Shown piece after piece: positions 30,566-40,482 of a stretch of 64,000 nucleotides of DNA. The stretch's first letter is position 1; each line of letters starts with the position of its first letter. Position numbers and translations under genes: made by a program. Origin of the DNA: Bdellovibrionota bacterium (GTDB taxonomy: Bacteria > Bdellovibrionota_C > UBA2361 > OMII01). The notes beneath the pieces were generated by a model. The model saw only the letters and a program-made list of their open reading frames with translations. It did no database searches and had not been told where the DNA came from. The stretch is from contig JBIJBE010000010.1 in NCBI GenBank assembly GCA_044345405.1, positions 1 to 64,000 of the forward strand, read 5' to 3'.

Positions 30566-31549
30566 ATGAAGTCAATCGACGTAACAGGAGTATGTAACGG
30601 CATCGTAGATATCTTCGCGGATATCTCTGAACAGGAGCTCTCGACGCTCGGATATGAGAAGGGCACGATGCGCCTGGTAGAGGCAGCGGACCAGAAGGAT
30701 CTCCTTCAACGGGTAGGAGCGAAGAGCCCCGTTATGCGAAGTGGTGGGTCGGTCGCGAACTCTATGATCACGATCGCTCAGTTGGGCGGAAAAAGCGCGG
30801 TGTGCTGTCATCTCGCGGATGACGAGTATGGCCGTTTCTACAGAGATGAGTGCCTCTCGCTTGGGATGAAGGTTCCGGTTCCTCTCTCGAAGGATCTCGC
30901 GACGGGCACCTGCGTGGTGCTCCTCACTCCTGACGCGGAGCGCACGATGCGAACCGCGCTCGGCGCTAGCTTGAGCCTCGCTCCGCAGCATGTTGATCCA
31001 AAGATTATCGCGGATTCCCACTGGTTGTTCGTTGAGGGATACGTTTTCTCGAACTCGGACGCTGGCCGAGAGGCTATTAAGGAGTCTATTCGAGTGGCTC
31101 AGGAGTCGAACACTAAGATCGCCGTGACCTGCTCTGAGGCGTGGGTTGTCAACGCGTTCGGAGAACACCTGAACGCGGCGCTTGAGCAAACGCACCTCAT
31201 CTTCGCGAACGAGGAGGAGTCGTTCGCCCTTTCTGGAGCGAAGGATGTCGTTGAGGCAGGCCGAAAGCTTAAGGACCGATTCCCTCATGTTGTCATCACC
31301 GCTGGCCCTCGTGGCGCGTATATGTGGTGGGAAGGGGAGGAGCTTCACACGCCAGCCTTCCCATGCGAGCCGCGTGATCTCACCGGCGCTGGAGATACCT
31401 TCGCGGGTTCCTTCCTCTACGGAGTAACTAAGGGTCTCAAGCCGCAGGATGCCGCGCACCGAGCATGCTTCCTCGCTCGTCACGTGATCAGCCAAGTTGG
31501 CGCGCGTCTCACGGGTGATGTGCAGTCGTTGTGGGGGTTGGTGGGGTAG
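30566..31549 (+). CDS. PfkB-family carbohydrate/adenosine kinase
   Basis: SGGSVANS, PDAERTM, FANEEE, DLTGAGDTFAG; ATG 30566. Confidence 0.92.
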   Translation: MKSIDVTGVCNGIVDIFADISEQELSTLGYEKGTMRLVEAADQKDLLQRVGAKSPVMRSGGSVANSMITIAQLGGKSAVCCHLADDEYGRFYRDECLSLGMKVPVPLSKDLATGTCVVLLTPDAERTMRTALGASLSLAPQHVDPKIIADSHWLFVEGYVFSNSDAGREAIKESIRVAQESNTKIAVTCSEAWVVNAFGEHLNAALEQTHLIFANEEESFALSGAKDVVEAGRKLKDRFPHVVITAGPRGAYMWWEGEELHTPAFPCEPRDLTGAGDTFAGSFLYGVTKGLKPQDAAHRACFLARHVISQVGARLTGDVQSLWGLVG

Positions 31550-31579
31550 GGGGCCTTCCCACGTCACGGGTCGCACAAC

Positions 31580-31744
31580 GGGAGGGCGACTATTCCCCCC
31601 TCGACTGTGCTCGGGACATGCTGGTCGCCGAAATGTTTCATTTCACTAACGACCTTGCCGCGGATTCCAACGCGGCGGTCAGGAATGACCGCCCTCCCGG
31701 ATCACGAGCTCGCACAACGGGAGGGCGACCATTCCTGGTCGCCG
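31580..31744. repeat. REP-like cluster 2 (interrupted A+, B-, A+)
   Basis: Copies at 31580-31630 (25-nt insertion), 31673-31698 and 31719-31744. Confidence 0.9.
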
Positions 31745-31880
31745 TGTTCGCTAACGGGAAAGGCTTGCGCCCAAAAGGCCATCTCCTCTGAGTCCTCCAC
31801 GCCCCTTAGCCGTCGCTTAGAGTCGCTAACTGTCTGAATCTACACCCCGTTGTTTGCATAGTGTTTTTGTGACCATTACC

Positions 31881-33134
31881 ATGTCACATCGGTACGTAGA
31901 TCCCTCCATATCCATGGAGGACGTAGTGCGTAATAAGGAACACATGGCACCTTTTCAAGACAGTCGATTCTTAGGACTTTCGGGCCGAACGATCGTCGTA
32001 ACGCTCATCATTGCCGCTGCGGTGATAGGACTCTTTTTCATTCCTGAAGCGATCAAGTTCGCTCTGAACTCTCCTGGCAAAAACGGCGGTGAGAAGCGCG
32101 CGTCTGTCGAAGCGCGCGCGCGTCGTGAAGTTAAGGAGCAGACCGAGGATAAGGGTTCACTCTCTCCAGACGCTCTCAAGGCCCTCAACTCGGCTGTGGA
32201 CGCGACCCCTACGCCCGCTCGTCAGGGTTCTCGCAACAAGGATGGCGAGGAGACGGCGTCCGAGCGCCCCGGTCTCTTTGATGGTTGGAACTTCAAGGTG
32301 AAAGCAGGCGAGTCCGCTCCCGCTGTTCAGGTGCCAGCTTCGATGTCTATCGAGAAGCTCGGTGGCAAGGAGTTCCAAGGGCTCCTCAAGCAAAGTCGGA
32401 ACGACGTGCGGGTCTTCATCAAGAAGCAGATCCCCAAGAACATGGAGGCTCAATCCGTTGTTGAAACCTTCATGGATCAACTCGATCTCGCCGCTCGTGA
32501 GAGCGCTAAGGGGATGTCGACAAAGCAGCTCCTGACCGGGTTACAGGATCTTCACGTGAGTACCATTCAGGCGCTCTCGCGTTCGGGACTCGATCGTGGG
32601 ACGATTTTGGAGTGGCTCAAACTTCCGATCGTGTCGTTTATCGATGATCGTGTCGGACTGCACGCGCAGGAGAAGATTCACGACTACTTCGTGCCACGAA
32701 TGGTTCTTCGTGATGTTAACGTGCGCCAACGTCAAACCCGCGGCTGGGGCATGGATGGACGCTCGCCAGCGACGCTTCGAGCGGAGCTCTCGTTCCGCGG
32801 AACCGATATCGAGAAGGTCATGGTATACGCCAATGGGCGTAAGATCTCTGAGATGCCTGGACCGAGAAGCGCGTCAGATAACCGACGATCTATCCGGGTC
32901 AACGGCGACGCGCACGGTGTGTGGACCTTTGTGGCGTACGATAGATTCGGCGCCCGCCCGTATTGGAAGAGCTACTCGTTCTATCCGAAGGTTCGACGAT
33001 TTCGTCAGGGGCGTACCGGTGAATACATGATCGCGTTTAAGCAGAACAGCGCGCCGAACTCACTCGATCGATTCTTCCTCGTCGGAAGCTCCGCGCTTCG
33101 ACAAAATACTGATTCGATGGTTTCGACGTTTTAA
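31881..33134 (+). CDS. Membrane-anchored hypothetical protein
   Basis: Single N-terminal TM, large soluble region with a beta-rich C-terminus; alternative start 31944. Confidence 0.75.
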   Translation: MSHRYVDPSISMEDVVRNKEHMAPFQDSRFLGLSGRTIVVTLIIAAAVIGLFFIPEAIKFALNSPGKNGGEKRASVEARARREVKEQTEDKGSLSPDALKALNSAVDATPTPARQGSRNKDGEETASERPGLFDGWNFKVKAGESAPAVQVPASMSIEKLGGKEFQGLLKQSRNDVRVFIKKQIPKNMEAQSVVETFMDQLDLAARESAKGMSTKQLLTGLQDLHVSTIQALSRSGLDRGTILEWLKLPIVSFIDDRVGLHAQEKIHDYFVPRMVLRDVNVRQRQTRGWGMDGRSPATLRAELSFRGTDIEKVMVYANGRKISEMPGPRSASDNRRSIRVNGDAHGVWTFVAYDRFGARPYWKSYSFYPKVRRFRQGRTGEYMIAFKQNSAPNSLDRFFLVGSSALRQNTDSMVSTF

Positions 33135-33152
33135 GCGATAGCTCTGGGAGTC

Positions 33153-33245
33153 GGGAGGGCGGTCATTCCTGACCGCCGTGTTGCGTTCCGCGAGAATCGT
33201 GCGCGATGCCGTGCCTTTTCGGCGACCAGGAATGGTCGCCCTCCC
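33153..33245. repeat. REP-like cluster 3 (B+, A-)
   Basis: GGGAGGGCGGTCATTCCTGACCGCCG at 33153; inverted A at 33220-33245. Confidence 0.9.
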
Positions 33246-33259
33246 GATGTGGCACCTGC

Positions 33260-34021
33260 CTACACTGCGGTTCCTTCCGCGATCGCGATCAACTCCAACC
33301 ACTGATCAAGCTTAATGCTCGCGCCGCCAACGAGGGCGCCGTGAACCTCTTTGAGCGCCAAGATCTCAGCGAAGTTGGTTGGATTGACGCTGCCGCCGTA
33401 GAGGATGACAGCGCTTCCAGGAAGGTTGTGGGATGCCCACACCTTTTGGATGTGTTGGTGAGTCTCTTGAATATCCTTGATCGAGGCTACTTTTCCGGTT
33501 CCGATCGCCCATACCGGCTCGTACGCCAGGATAACTTTCGTGGCTGTTTCCGTGGTAAGACCAGAGAGAACCGGTTGAAGCTGTTCCTCAAGCACCCGTT
33601 CCGTCTTGCCACCTGTGCGCTCGCTCTCGGTCTCGCCGATACATACGATCACCTCAAGTCCCGCTTTGAGCGCGGCTTGTGTGCGCTGCGCGGTTGTCTC
33701 GGAGGTCTCTCCGAAGAATTGGCGACGCTCTGAGTGTCCCGTAAGGGTGAAGGTGGCGCCGAGGTCTTTGAGAAAGAGGGGAGAGGTCTCTCCGGTGAAC
33801 GCTCCAGACTCCGCCCAGTGGACGTTCTGCGCTCCGATGTGGAGCGCGGTGCCTTTAAGCTCCTCAGCAACGGCGGCCGCGCTGATAGTGGCTGGCGCTA
33901 CCCACACATCTGTCTTCGTGAGGGGCTTGATGGATTCCTTCAACTGCTTGGCGTACGCGCGAGCCTGTGTTGGCCCGAGGTTCATCTTCCAGTTTCCAGC
34001 GAGGAGGTGTTTTGTTCGCAT
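33260..34021 (-). CDS. tpiA: Triosephosphate isomerase
   Basis: AGNWKMN, GHSERR, AYEPVWAIGTG, LYGGSV, LVGGAS. Confidence 0.98.
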   Translation of the reverse strand: MRTKHLLAGNWKMNLGPTQARAYAKQLKESIKPLTKTDVWVAPATISAAAVAEELKGTALHIGAQNVHWAESGAFTGETSPLFLKDLGATFTLTGHSERRQFFGETSETTAQRTQAALKAGLEVIVCIGETESERTGGKTERVLEEQLQPVLSGLTTETATKVILAYEPVWAIGTGKVASIKDIQETHQHIQKVWASHNLPGSAVILYGGSVNPTNFAEILALKEVHGALVGGASIKLDQWLELIAIAEGTAV

Positions 34022-34049
34022 AAGGTGCTTTGTTCAGAAAAAAGTAATT

Positions 34050-34086
34050 AAAAAAGCGGGGGTCGCTTTGTGGCGAGCCCCCGCTT
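34050..34086 (-). terminator. Terminator between gap and tpiA
   Basis: AAGCGGGGG...CCCCCGCTT hairpin with T6 on the minus strand. Confidence 0.7.
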
Positions 34087-34102
34087 GGTCACGAGTCCTT
34101 GA

Positions 34103-35116
34103 TTAGAGGCTCTTCGCGATCATCTCGGTTACGTCACACATACGCGCCGAGAAGCCCATCTCGTTGTCGTACCATGATACGACCTTCGCCATGCGCTTTC
34201 CGATAACCATCGTCGAGAGTGAGTCAATGATCGAGGAGTGTGTGTCGCCTGTGTAATCGATCGACACGAGTGGCTCCTCAGAGAATCCAAGGACTCCCTT
34301 GAGGGTGTTCTCGCTCGCGCTCTTGAGGGCGCGGTTAACGTCCTCAGCGGTAGCGTCTTGAGCGAGCTCAGCCACGAAGTCAACGACCGATACGTCTGGA
34401 GTTGGAACGCGAATCGCGAAACCATCTACCTTGCCGACGAGATCAGGGATAACGAGACCTACGGCCTTAGCGGCGCCCGTCGTCGTTGGGATCATCGACA
34501 TGCACGCCGCGCGAGCGCGTCGGAGGTCCTTGTGAGGGAGGTCGAGGATCGACTGATCGTTCGTGTACGAGTGGATCGTCGTCATCGTTCCGCGAACGAT
34601 TCCGAAATTCTCAACGAGTACCTTCGCGAGGGGCGCAAGGCAGTTCGTTGTGCACGAAGCGTTGCTGATGATGTGGTGCTCAGCTGGCTTGTACGCCGTG
34701 TGGTTTACACCGTAGGCGAGGGTGATGTCAGGGTTTGTCGCTGGAGCTGAGATGATAACCTTCTTAGCGCCGCCCTGCATGTGAAGTTGTGCCTTCTCCT
34801 TCGCGGTGAAGATACCGGTGCACTCAAGCACGATCGAGGCGCCGAGGGAGCTCCATGGGAGCTTCGCTGGGTCGCGTTCTGCCGTGATCTTGATCTGCTG
34901 ACCGTTTACCGTGATGTAGCCGTCTCCAGCCTCAACGGTGCCGGGGAAGCGGCCGTGTACCGAGTCGTACTTGAGGAGGTGAGCCAGGGTGGCTGGGTCA
35001 GTGAGGTCGTTGATTGCGACAACCTTGATGTTGGTTGATTTCTTGGTCGTGAAAAGCTGGCGCAGAATATTGCGTCCGATACGGCCAAATCCGTTGATTC
35101 CGATTCCTACGGTCAT
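34103..35116 (-). CDS. gap: Glyceraldehyde-3-phosphate dehydrogenase
   Basis: GINGFGRIGR, ASCTTNCLAP, WYDNE. Confidence 0.98.
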   Translation of the reverse strand: MTVGIGINGFGRIGRNILRQLFTTKKSTNIKVVAINDLTDPATLAHLLKYDSVHGRFPGTVEAGDGYITVNGQQIKITAERDPAKLPWSSLGASIVLECTGIFTAKEKAQLHMQGGAKKVIISAPATNPDITLAYGVNHTAYKPAEHHIISNASCTTNCLAPLAKVLVENFGIVRGTMTTIHSYTNDQSILDLPHKDLRRARAACMSMIPTTTGAAKAVGLVIPDLVGKVDGFAIRVPTPDVSVVDFVAELAQDATAEDVNRALKSASENTLKGVLGFSEEPLVSIDYTGDTHSSIIDSLSTMVIGKRMAKVVSWYDNEMGFSARMCDVTEMIAKSL

Positions 35117-35264
35117 GGGATTGAACTCCTAAAAGTGTTCTTACGTTAACCCGGTGGTTATAACCCCCCGCCTTTAAAAAAGAAACCACCCCAGCCGAGA
35201 CTGGTGTCAACCGACTAGGTATGGCATAGTTAGCTGCGTTATTTTCATTAAGGAGATTGCCCCC

Positions 35265-35969
35265 GTGGAGCCAACCGCAGTCGTAGAAGCCCCAAGCGTT
35301 CTCGGAATGATTCTCGGTTCCGGATTTGTCGTTCAGAGCGTCCTTATCATATTGATTCTCTTATCTGTTTGGAGCTGGGCGATCACCATCGCAAAGACCA
35401 TTCAGTTCAAGAAGGCGCAACAGTTCTCGGACCAGTTCTCACAAGTTTTCTGGGATAGCCGCAATTTCGCTCGTATCGACGAGTCGACCCGCCGCCTGAT
35501 CGGAAGCCCGTTGGCGACCGTTTTCTCGTCGGGATACCGGGAGCTCCTCCATACCGTCCAGGAAGCCAAAGGACGTGCCACAACCCTTCCGTCCGACCAT
35601 GAGTCAGACCTTGGCACTATTGAGCGGGCTCTTCGGCGGGCTGAGCTTGAGGAAACCCATCGCCTTGAGAGGGGGGTCACCTTCCTCGCTTCCGTAGCGA
35701 GCGCCGCTCCGTTCATCGGACTCTTCGGAACGGTGTGGGGAATCATGAACGCTTTCCACGGACTCTCGCAGGCCAAGAGCACAACCATTCAGGCTGTAGC
35801 GCCTGGTATCTCTGAGGCGCTTGTCGCTACGGCGGTCGGACTCGCCGCGGCGATTCCAGCGGCTATCGCGTTCAACTACTTCACCGCGGCGGTTCGTAAG
35901 TTCCGTCAATCGATGGACAGCTTCTCTGAAGAGTTCATGAACATCGCTCGTCGACACTTAGTTAAGTAG
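35265..35969 (+). CDS. tolQ: TolQ
   Basis: APFIGLFGTVWGIM, VAPGISEALVATA; tol-pal synteny. Confidence 0.95.
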   Translation: MEPTAVVEAPSVLGMILGSGFVVQSVLIILILLSVWSWAITIAKTIQFKKAQQFSDQFSQVFWDSRNFARIDESTRRLIGSPLATVFSSGYRELLHTVQEAKGRATTLPSDHESDLGTIERALRRAELEETHRLERGVTFLASVASAAPFIGLFGTVWGIMNAFHGLSQAKSTTIQAVAPGISEALVATAVGLAAAIPAAIAFNYFTAAVRKFRQSMDSFSEEFMNIARRHLVK

Positions 35970-35979
35970 GTAGGCTTCA

Positions 35980-36414
35980 ATGGCTGGTGGAAACTTTAGC
36001 GCTGACAGTGACGGACCGATTGCGGCGATTAACGTAACGCCCCTTGTGGACGTGATGTTGGTGCTCCTCGTTATCTTCATGGTGACCGCTCCGATGATGC
36101 AGCAGGGTGTGGAGGTCGACCTTCCCAAGGCGACGACCGCTCCGCTCAAGGGCTCTACAGAGCAGATCGTGGTATCGATCGACAAAGCTGGCACTATATT
36201 TCTTGGCGCGGGCAATAAGGTCGAACTTCCGGAGCTCGCCGATAAGGTGAAGGCTATCTTCGCAAATCGCGCTGAAGAGGATCGCAAGATCTATATCAAG
36301 GGCGATTCGGCGCTCGGATACGGAAGGATCATGGAGGTAATGGCCGCGTTGCACGCGGGTGGCATTACGCAGATCGGTTTGGTTTCCGCCTCCCCAGAGG
36401 GCAAAGGCGCGTAA
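35980..36414 (+). CDS. tolR: TolR
   Basis: INVTPLVDVMLVLLVIFMVTAP. Confidence 0.95.
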   Translation: MAGGNFSADSDGPIAAINVTPLVDVMLVLLVIFMVTAPMMQQGVEVDLPKATTAPLKGSTEQIVVSIDKAGTIFLGAGNKVELPELADKVKAIFANRAEEDRKIYIKGDSALGYGRIMEVMAALHAGGITQIGLVSASPEGKGA

Positions 36415-36428
36415 GGGAGACGCCTAGG

Positions 36429-37301
36429 TTGGCTCAGAGCGTGGCACACAATGATCCAGAAAGTTGCTGGCGAATAGGGTTCTACTCGTCCCTAATCGCG
36501 CATGCGGCGGTGGCCTTGATAGCTATCGTTGGGTTCGCGTTCGGTGGCTTCGGAGATCTCCCCGAACCGGTGATCTATTCGGTCACCGTTGAACCCGGAA
36601 AGGCTCTCGGTGGTAAGTCACAACTTGCCAAAGATGATAAACCGAGCCCGATCGCTCCGGTAAAGAACACCAAGGCTGAGACCGCTCCAGAGCAAAAACA
36701 GGAGAAACAACAAGAGGAGAAGCCTGTTGAGGAGAAGCCGGCTGAGGACGCTGAGGTGAGCATCGCTGAGACAAAGCCAACCCCGCAGCCATCTCCTAAG
36801 GCGACCCCAAAAGCCACGCCGAAGGTTACGCCAAAGGCCACGCCAGTCTCTTCAAAGAAGAGCGATTCCAAGTCCAAAGAGAAGAGCGATGGTGATGAGG
36901 TCGATAAGCGGCTTCAGGCAGCGATGCAGCGTTACCTTGGTGACTCCACTGACGCGGGTGGAAAGGGGTTTGGCGCCGCGCGGGTAGGTGGCTCTGGCAT
37001 GGGCGGCGGTGAGGTTCGTCCCCCTGAGTTCTTCAGGTATCGAGACCTCCTCCTTGCTCGTATTAAGGAAGCGTGGCGGTGGTACGATGTCAACGCCGCG
37101 TTTATTACCCAGATAGCCTTTGAGTTAGCTCCGGACGGGACCGCTCGCAATGTTAGAGTAGTGCGTAGCTCAGGGAACTCAACCTTTGATGAGTCCGTTG
37201 TTCGGGCGGTGATGAAGGCTAGCCCATTCCCAGCTCCCCCTGTGAGTGTGTACGAGAAGTACTTTAAGAGCGTTACGACCACCTTTGATCCAAGAGAGTA
37301 G
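36429..37301 (+). CDS. tolA: TolA/TonB-family protein
   Basis: TM SxxxH motif, Pro/Lys linker, C-terminal SSGN..FD.SV.RAV..ASPFP. Confidence 0.88.
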   Translation: MAQSVAHNDPESCWRIGFYSSLIAHAAVALIAIVGFAFGGFGDLPEPVIYSVTVEPGKALGGKSQLAKDDKPSPIAPVKNTKAETAPEQKQEKQQEEKPVEEKPAEDAEVSIAETKPTPQPSPKATPKATPKVTPKATPVSSKKSDSKSKEKSDGDEVDKRLQAAMQRYLGDSTDAGGKGFGAARVGGSGMGGGEVRPPEFFRYRDLLLARIKEAWRWYDVNAAFITQIAFELAPDGTARNVRVVRSSGNSTFDESVVRAVMKASPFPAPPVSVYEKYFKSVTTTFDPRE

Positions 37302-37341
37302 GCGCCCCCGGTAGTGCCTCTCGAAAGAGGGTTTTGTCGGG

Positions 37342-37377
37342 CACGAGCACGTTTACGTGCAGGTGCACGTTCACGAG
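37342..37377. repeat. Hexamer array (YACGNN)x6
   Basis: cacgag cacgtt tacgtg caggtg cacgtt cacgag. Confidence 0.65.
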
Positions 37378-37508
37378 GGGGTTTGGTCGAATGGGTATCT
37401 TCACCCTTTGGCGGAAAGATCAGGACCTCGGTTGCGTGTCGCCCGGTCCTGAGGCATGTATGAAGGACGTCGCGCGACGCGACGCTAAACTCGCCCAAAG
37501 GGAATGGC

Positions 37509-38798
37509 ATGAAAAAGTTTTTAGCACTTATCTCTCTTGTTTTAGTTACAGCCGGATCGGTATCCGCGCAGACCGACCTCTACGTTCGAGGAGCTGGTCG
37601 CCTTATTCCGATAGCTCTTCCTCAAATGTGCAACCAGGGGGAGCAAGGCGAGCCAGCGGTGGAGATTCCGGCCGTTATGCGGCGTGACCTCGATATCTCG
37701 GGGTATTTCGAGGTGCTTGACCCGAAGGGGTACATCGAGAGCGCTGGAAAGTGCGGAGCGCCCGAGGCGACCACCTTCTCTGATTGGAGCGCAATCGGCT
37801 CTGAGGGATTGGTTAAGGGTAGGGTGAGTGCTCAGGGTGGCCGTGTTGTCGCGCAGCTTTACCTGCTCGACGTTCAGAAACAGCAGGTCGTTCTGGCGAA
37901 GGAGTATCAGGGCGACGCGGCGCAGGCTCGCATGATCGCGCACCGCTTCGCGAATGACATCTTAAAATACTACACGGGATTTGCGGGTGTGTTCGGTACC
38001 GAGATCGCCTTCTCCGGTCGAATCGGGCGATTTAAAGAGCTCTTCGTCATGGATATGGATGGGAGTAATCTACGGCAGCTCACCAATGATCGTGGTCTCT
38101 CGATGTCCGCGGCGTGGGATCCCTCCGGAACTCGGCTTGTGTATACCGGGTTTCGTAATCGCATCCCCGACCTGTTCATCATGAACGTTGGTTCTAAGTC
38201 CTCCAAGCAGGTTAGTCGAACGACAGAGCTCGAGATCGGGGCTCACTTCCTCGGGAATGATCGCCTCGTAACGTCGCGCACTGAGGGCGGGGATAGCGAT
38301 ATCGTGATCATGTCCACCGATGGTACTATTGAGCGACGCCTCACTCCGCCCAATCGCGCGATCGATGTATCGCCGGTGCCTTCTCCTGATGGACGTCAGG
38401 TTGTTTTCTGCTCGAATCGTGGTGGAGGGCCGCAGATCTACACGATGGGGATCGATGGGTCGAACGCTAAGCGATTTAGTTTCGTGACCTCAAACTATTG
38501 CACCTCTCCAGCATGGTCCCCGACAGGTGATAAAATAGCGTTTGTGTGTCGCGCGGATGGAAACTTTCAGATATTCGTGAGCGATGTAAACGGTGAGAAC
38601 GTTCTTCAGTTGACGAGTTCGGGTAGTAATGAGGACCCTGATTTCTCTCCGGATGGAAGGTATTTAACCTTCGCAACCACGTATTTCGGAGGGGGCTACA
38701 ACATCGCCATTATGCGCACGGATGGAACGAGCATCAAGCAGATCTCCAAAGCTCGAGGGGGCGATTACGAGCCAACCTGGGGCCCACTTCCGGAGTAG
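37509..38798 (+). CDS. tolB: TolB
   Basis: Signal peptide, DL.ISG.F N-domain, PD40 repeats (SPDGRQVVF, PAWSPTGD). Confidence 0.95.
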   Translation: MKKFLALISLVLVTAGSVSAQTDLYVRGAGRLIPIALPQMCNQGEQGEPAVEIPAVMRRDLDISGYFEVLDPKGYIESAGKCGAPEATTFSDWSAIGSEGLVKGRVSAQGGRVVAQLYLLDVQKQQVVLAKEYQGDAAQARMIAHRFANDILKYYTGFAGVFGTEIAFSGRIGRFKELFVMDMDGSNLRQLTNDRGLSMSAAWDPSGTRLVYTGFRNRIPDLFIMNVGSKSSKQVSRTTELEIGAHFLGNDRLVTSRTEGGDSDIVIMSTDGTIERRLTPPNRAIDVSPVPSPDGRQVVFCSNRGGGPQIYTMGIDGSNAKRFSFVTSNYCTSPAWSPTGDKIAFVCRADGNFQIFVSDVNGENVLQLTSSGSNEDPDFSPDGRYLTFATTYFGGGYNIAIMRTDGTSIKQISKARGGDYEPTWGPLPE

Positions 38799-38855
38799 TC
38801 ATTGGCCTTCGCTGACCAAAGTCATTTCAACTTTGTTTAGTTGAAGGTTAAGTGC

Positions 38856-38884
38856 TTGCCAGGAGAGGAGTTGTCGAGTATCAA
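38856..38884 (+). promoter_or_regulatory. Putative sigma70 promoter for pal
   Basis: TTGCCA-17 nt-TATCAA. Confidence 0.5.
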
Positions 38885-39162
38885 GTACGCACCGACTTCA
38901 ACAGCTTACTGGAAAACAGTCAAAGTTCGAACGAACATAGAGTGTTTCCTTGGGTTTAAGTACTCAAAGCTGAAGAGGTTCGGGCGGAAAGGCCTCTGGG
39001 CGATCTGTTGCAGAACCGAACCCCGTAACTAAGGGTGTATGGGGTTGCAGCGTTCAAACGGGTTCCGAGTGTCAAAGGTCAGCTGAGTCGGCGCCACGTT
39101 TTCAGTGTGCGGTGTAAAACTGGTCTTTACATGTTTTAATCCACTTTTGAGGAGATAGAGAT

Positions 39163-39597
39163 ATGCGAAGTTTGAAGGTATTAGCCGTTTGCGCTATTGC
39201 TCTCATGGTAACTGGTTGTTCATGCCGCACGAACACCGGTGAGGGAAATATCGGTAGTGGAGATGGAGGACCTCTCAAGGACATCCATTTCGCTTTCGAT
39301 TCTTACAAGGTAGACGCTACAGCTAAGAGCATCGTTGCTGGAAACGCTGAGTGGCTCAAGGCTAACCCTGGCAAGACTGTACAGGTAGAAGGTCACACCG
39401 ACGAGCGTGGAACTGCTGAGTACAACATGGTGCTTGGATCGAACCGAGCTCGTGCTGCTGCTGACGCTCTCCGCGCAGAGGGAATCGATGCTTCCAGCCT
39501 TAGCACTGTTAGCTATGGTGAGGAGCTTCCAGTAGATCCTCGTCACAATGAAGAGGCATGGGCTAAGAACCGTCGTGCTCACTTCAAGGTGAACTAA
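39163..39597 (+). CDS. pal: Peptidoglycan-associated lipoprotein
   Basis: Lipobox TGC, IHFAFD, EGHTDERGTAEYN, SYGEELP, NRRA. Confidence 0.96.
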   Translation: MRSLKVLAVCAIALMVTGCSCRTNTGEGNIGSGDGGPLKDIHFAFDSYKVDATAKSIVAGNAEWLKANPGKTVQVEGHTDERGTAEYNMVLGSNRARAAADALRAEGIDASSLSTVSYGEELPVDPRHNEEAWAKNRRAHFKVN

Positions 39598-39661
39598 ATA
39601 GATCTCGCCGCGTAAGCTTCGCAAGTTACGTCTTGCGATGAAAACAAGGCGGATTTATATG

Positions 39662-39704
39662 GACCCTAGGGAGAAGGTATACTTCCCCTAGGGTCTTTTC
39701 TTTT
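39662..39704 (+). terminator. Terminator after pal
   Basis: GACCCTAGGG...CCCTAGGGTC plus ttttctttt. Confidence 0.85.
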
Positions 39705-39707
39705 GGG

Positions 39708-40421
39708 ATGTTTCTAACTATGCGCAGAGTTGTTTTGGTTGGCGTCGTCGCTCTCTTTTCCGGGTGTGCCGCGGGTGGTGGAAGTATTAAATCACTAGAG
39801 CGGAGTATCGCCGACCTTCGCGCGATGCAATCCGAGCAAACTGATGCGCTCAGCTCACTTGATTCTCAGCTTCGAACGCTCGCTGGTCGAGTAGAGGAGC
39901 TCGAGTTCTCTCAGAACAAGCGGATCGGTTCCGAGGTCTCGGCTCTCAAGGAGGACCTCTCTAACCTGAAACGTCTCGTGCCTCCTCCCGCCGCTGTTCC
40001 CGTTCCTGAACTCGAAGCCGATGAGGAGTGGGCATCGAACCTCCCTGCTGAGCAGGCGCAGATATTCGTTGATGGTCTCGGTCTCATTCGAGAGGGTAAA
40101 TTCGCTGATGCGCTCCCTCTGTTGAAGGAGGTTTCCGAGCGAACTGCGGGGACCCCAAAGTCTGCTGTTCCTCTCTTCTGGCAGGGAATCGCGCACGATG
40201 GACTGGCTGACAATAGAGGGGCTCTAAGGGCCTACACGGAGGTCGCCACGCGCTTTCCTAAGAGCAACCGGGCCCCGACAGCCCTCTATCGCCAAGCGCT
40301 TGTTCTGGCCCGTTTAGGGGACCGTAAGACGGCGACCTTGAGTCTCAGAAAGCTCGTGGATGACTATCCGAAGTCTCCAGAGGCGCCGATGGCTAAAGAC
40401 AAGATAAAAGAGCTAAAGTAG
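39708..40421 (+). CDS. cpoB: CpoB/YbgF TPR protein (lipoprotein form)
   Basis: FSGC lipobox, coiled coil, TPR ending LVDDYPKSPEA; follows pal. Confidence 0.85.
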   Translation: MFLTMRRVVLVGVVALFSGCAAGGGSIKSLERSIADLRAMQSEQTDALSSLDSQLRTLAGRVEELEFSQNKRIGSEVSALKEDLSNLKRLVPPPAAVPVPELEADEEWASNLPAEQAQIFVDGLGLIREGKFADALPLLKEVSERTAGTPKSAVPLFWQGIAHDGLADNRGALRAYTEVATRFPKSNRAPTALYRQALVLARLGDRKTATLSLRKLVDDYPKSPEAPMAKDKIKELK

Positions 40422-40482
40422 CCTCTACGCGGTAACCCCGCTTACCCCTGACGGGGAGTTGTTCCCGAGCGTACGAGCTTGC

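Noticed and set aside
35222-35237. Sigma54-like TGGCA...TGC upstream of tolQ
   Set aside because: GG-to-GC spacing is one base too long
38841-39032. 63-aa ORF between tolB and pal
   Set aside because: TTG start without RBS, overlaps the predicted promoter and structured leader, no motif
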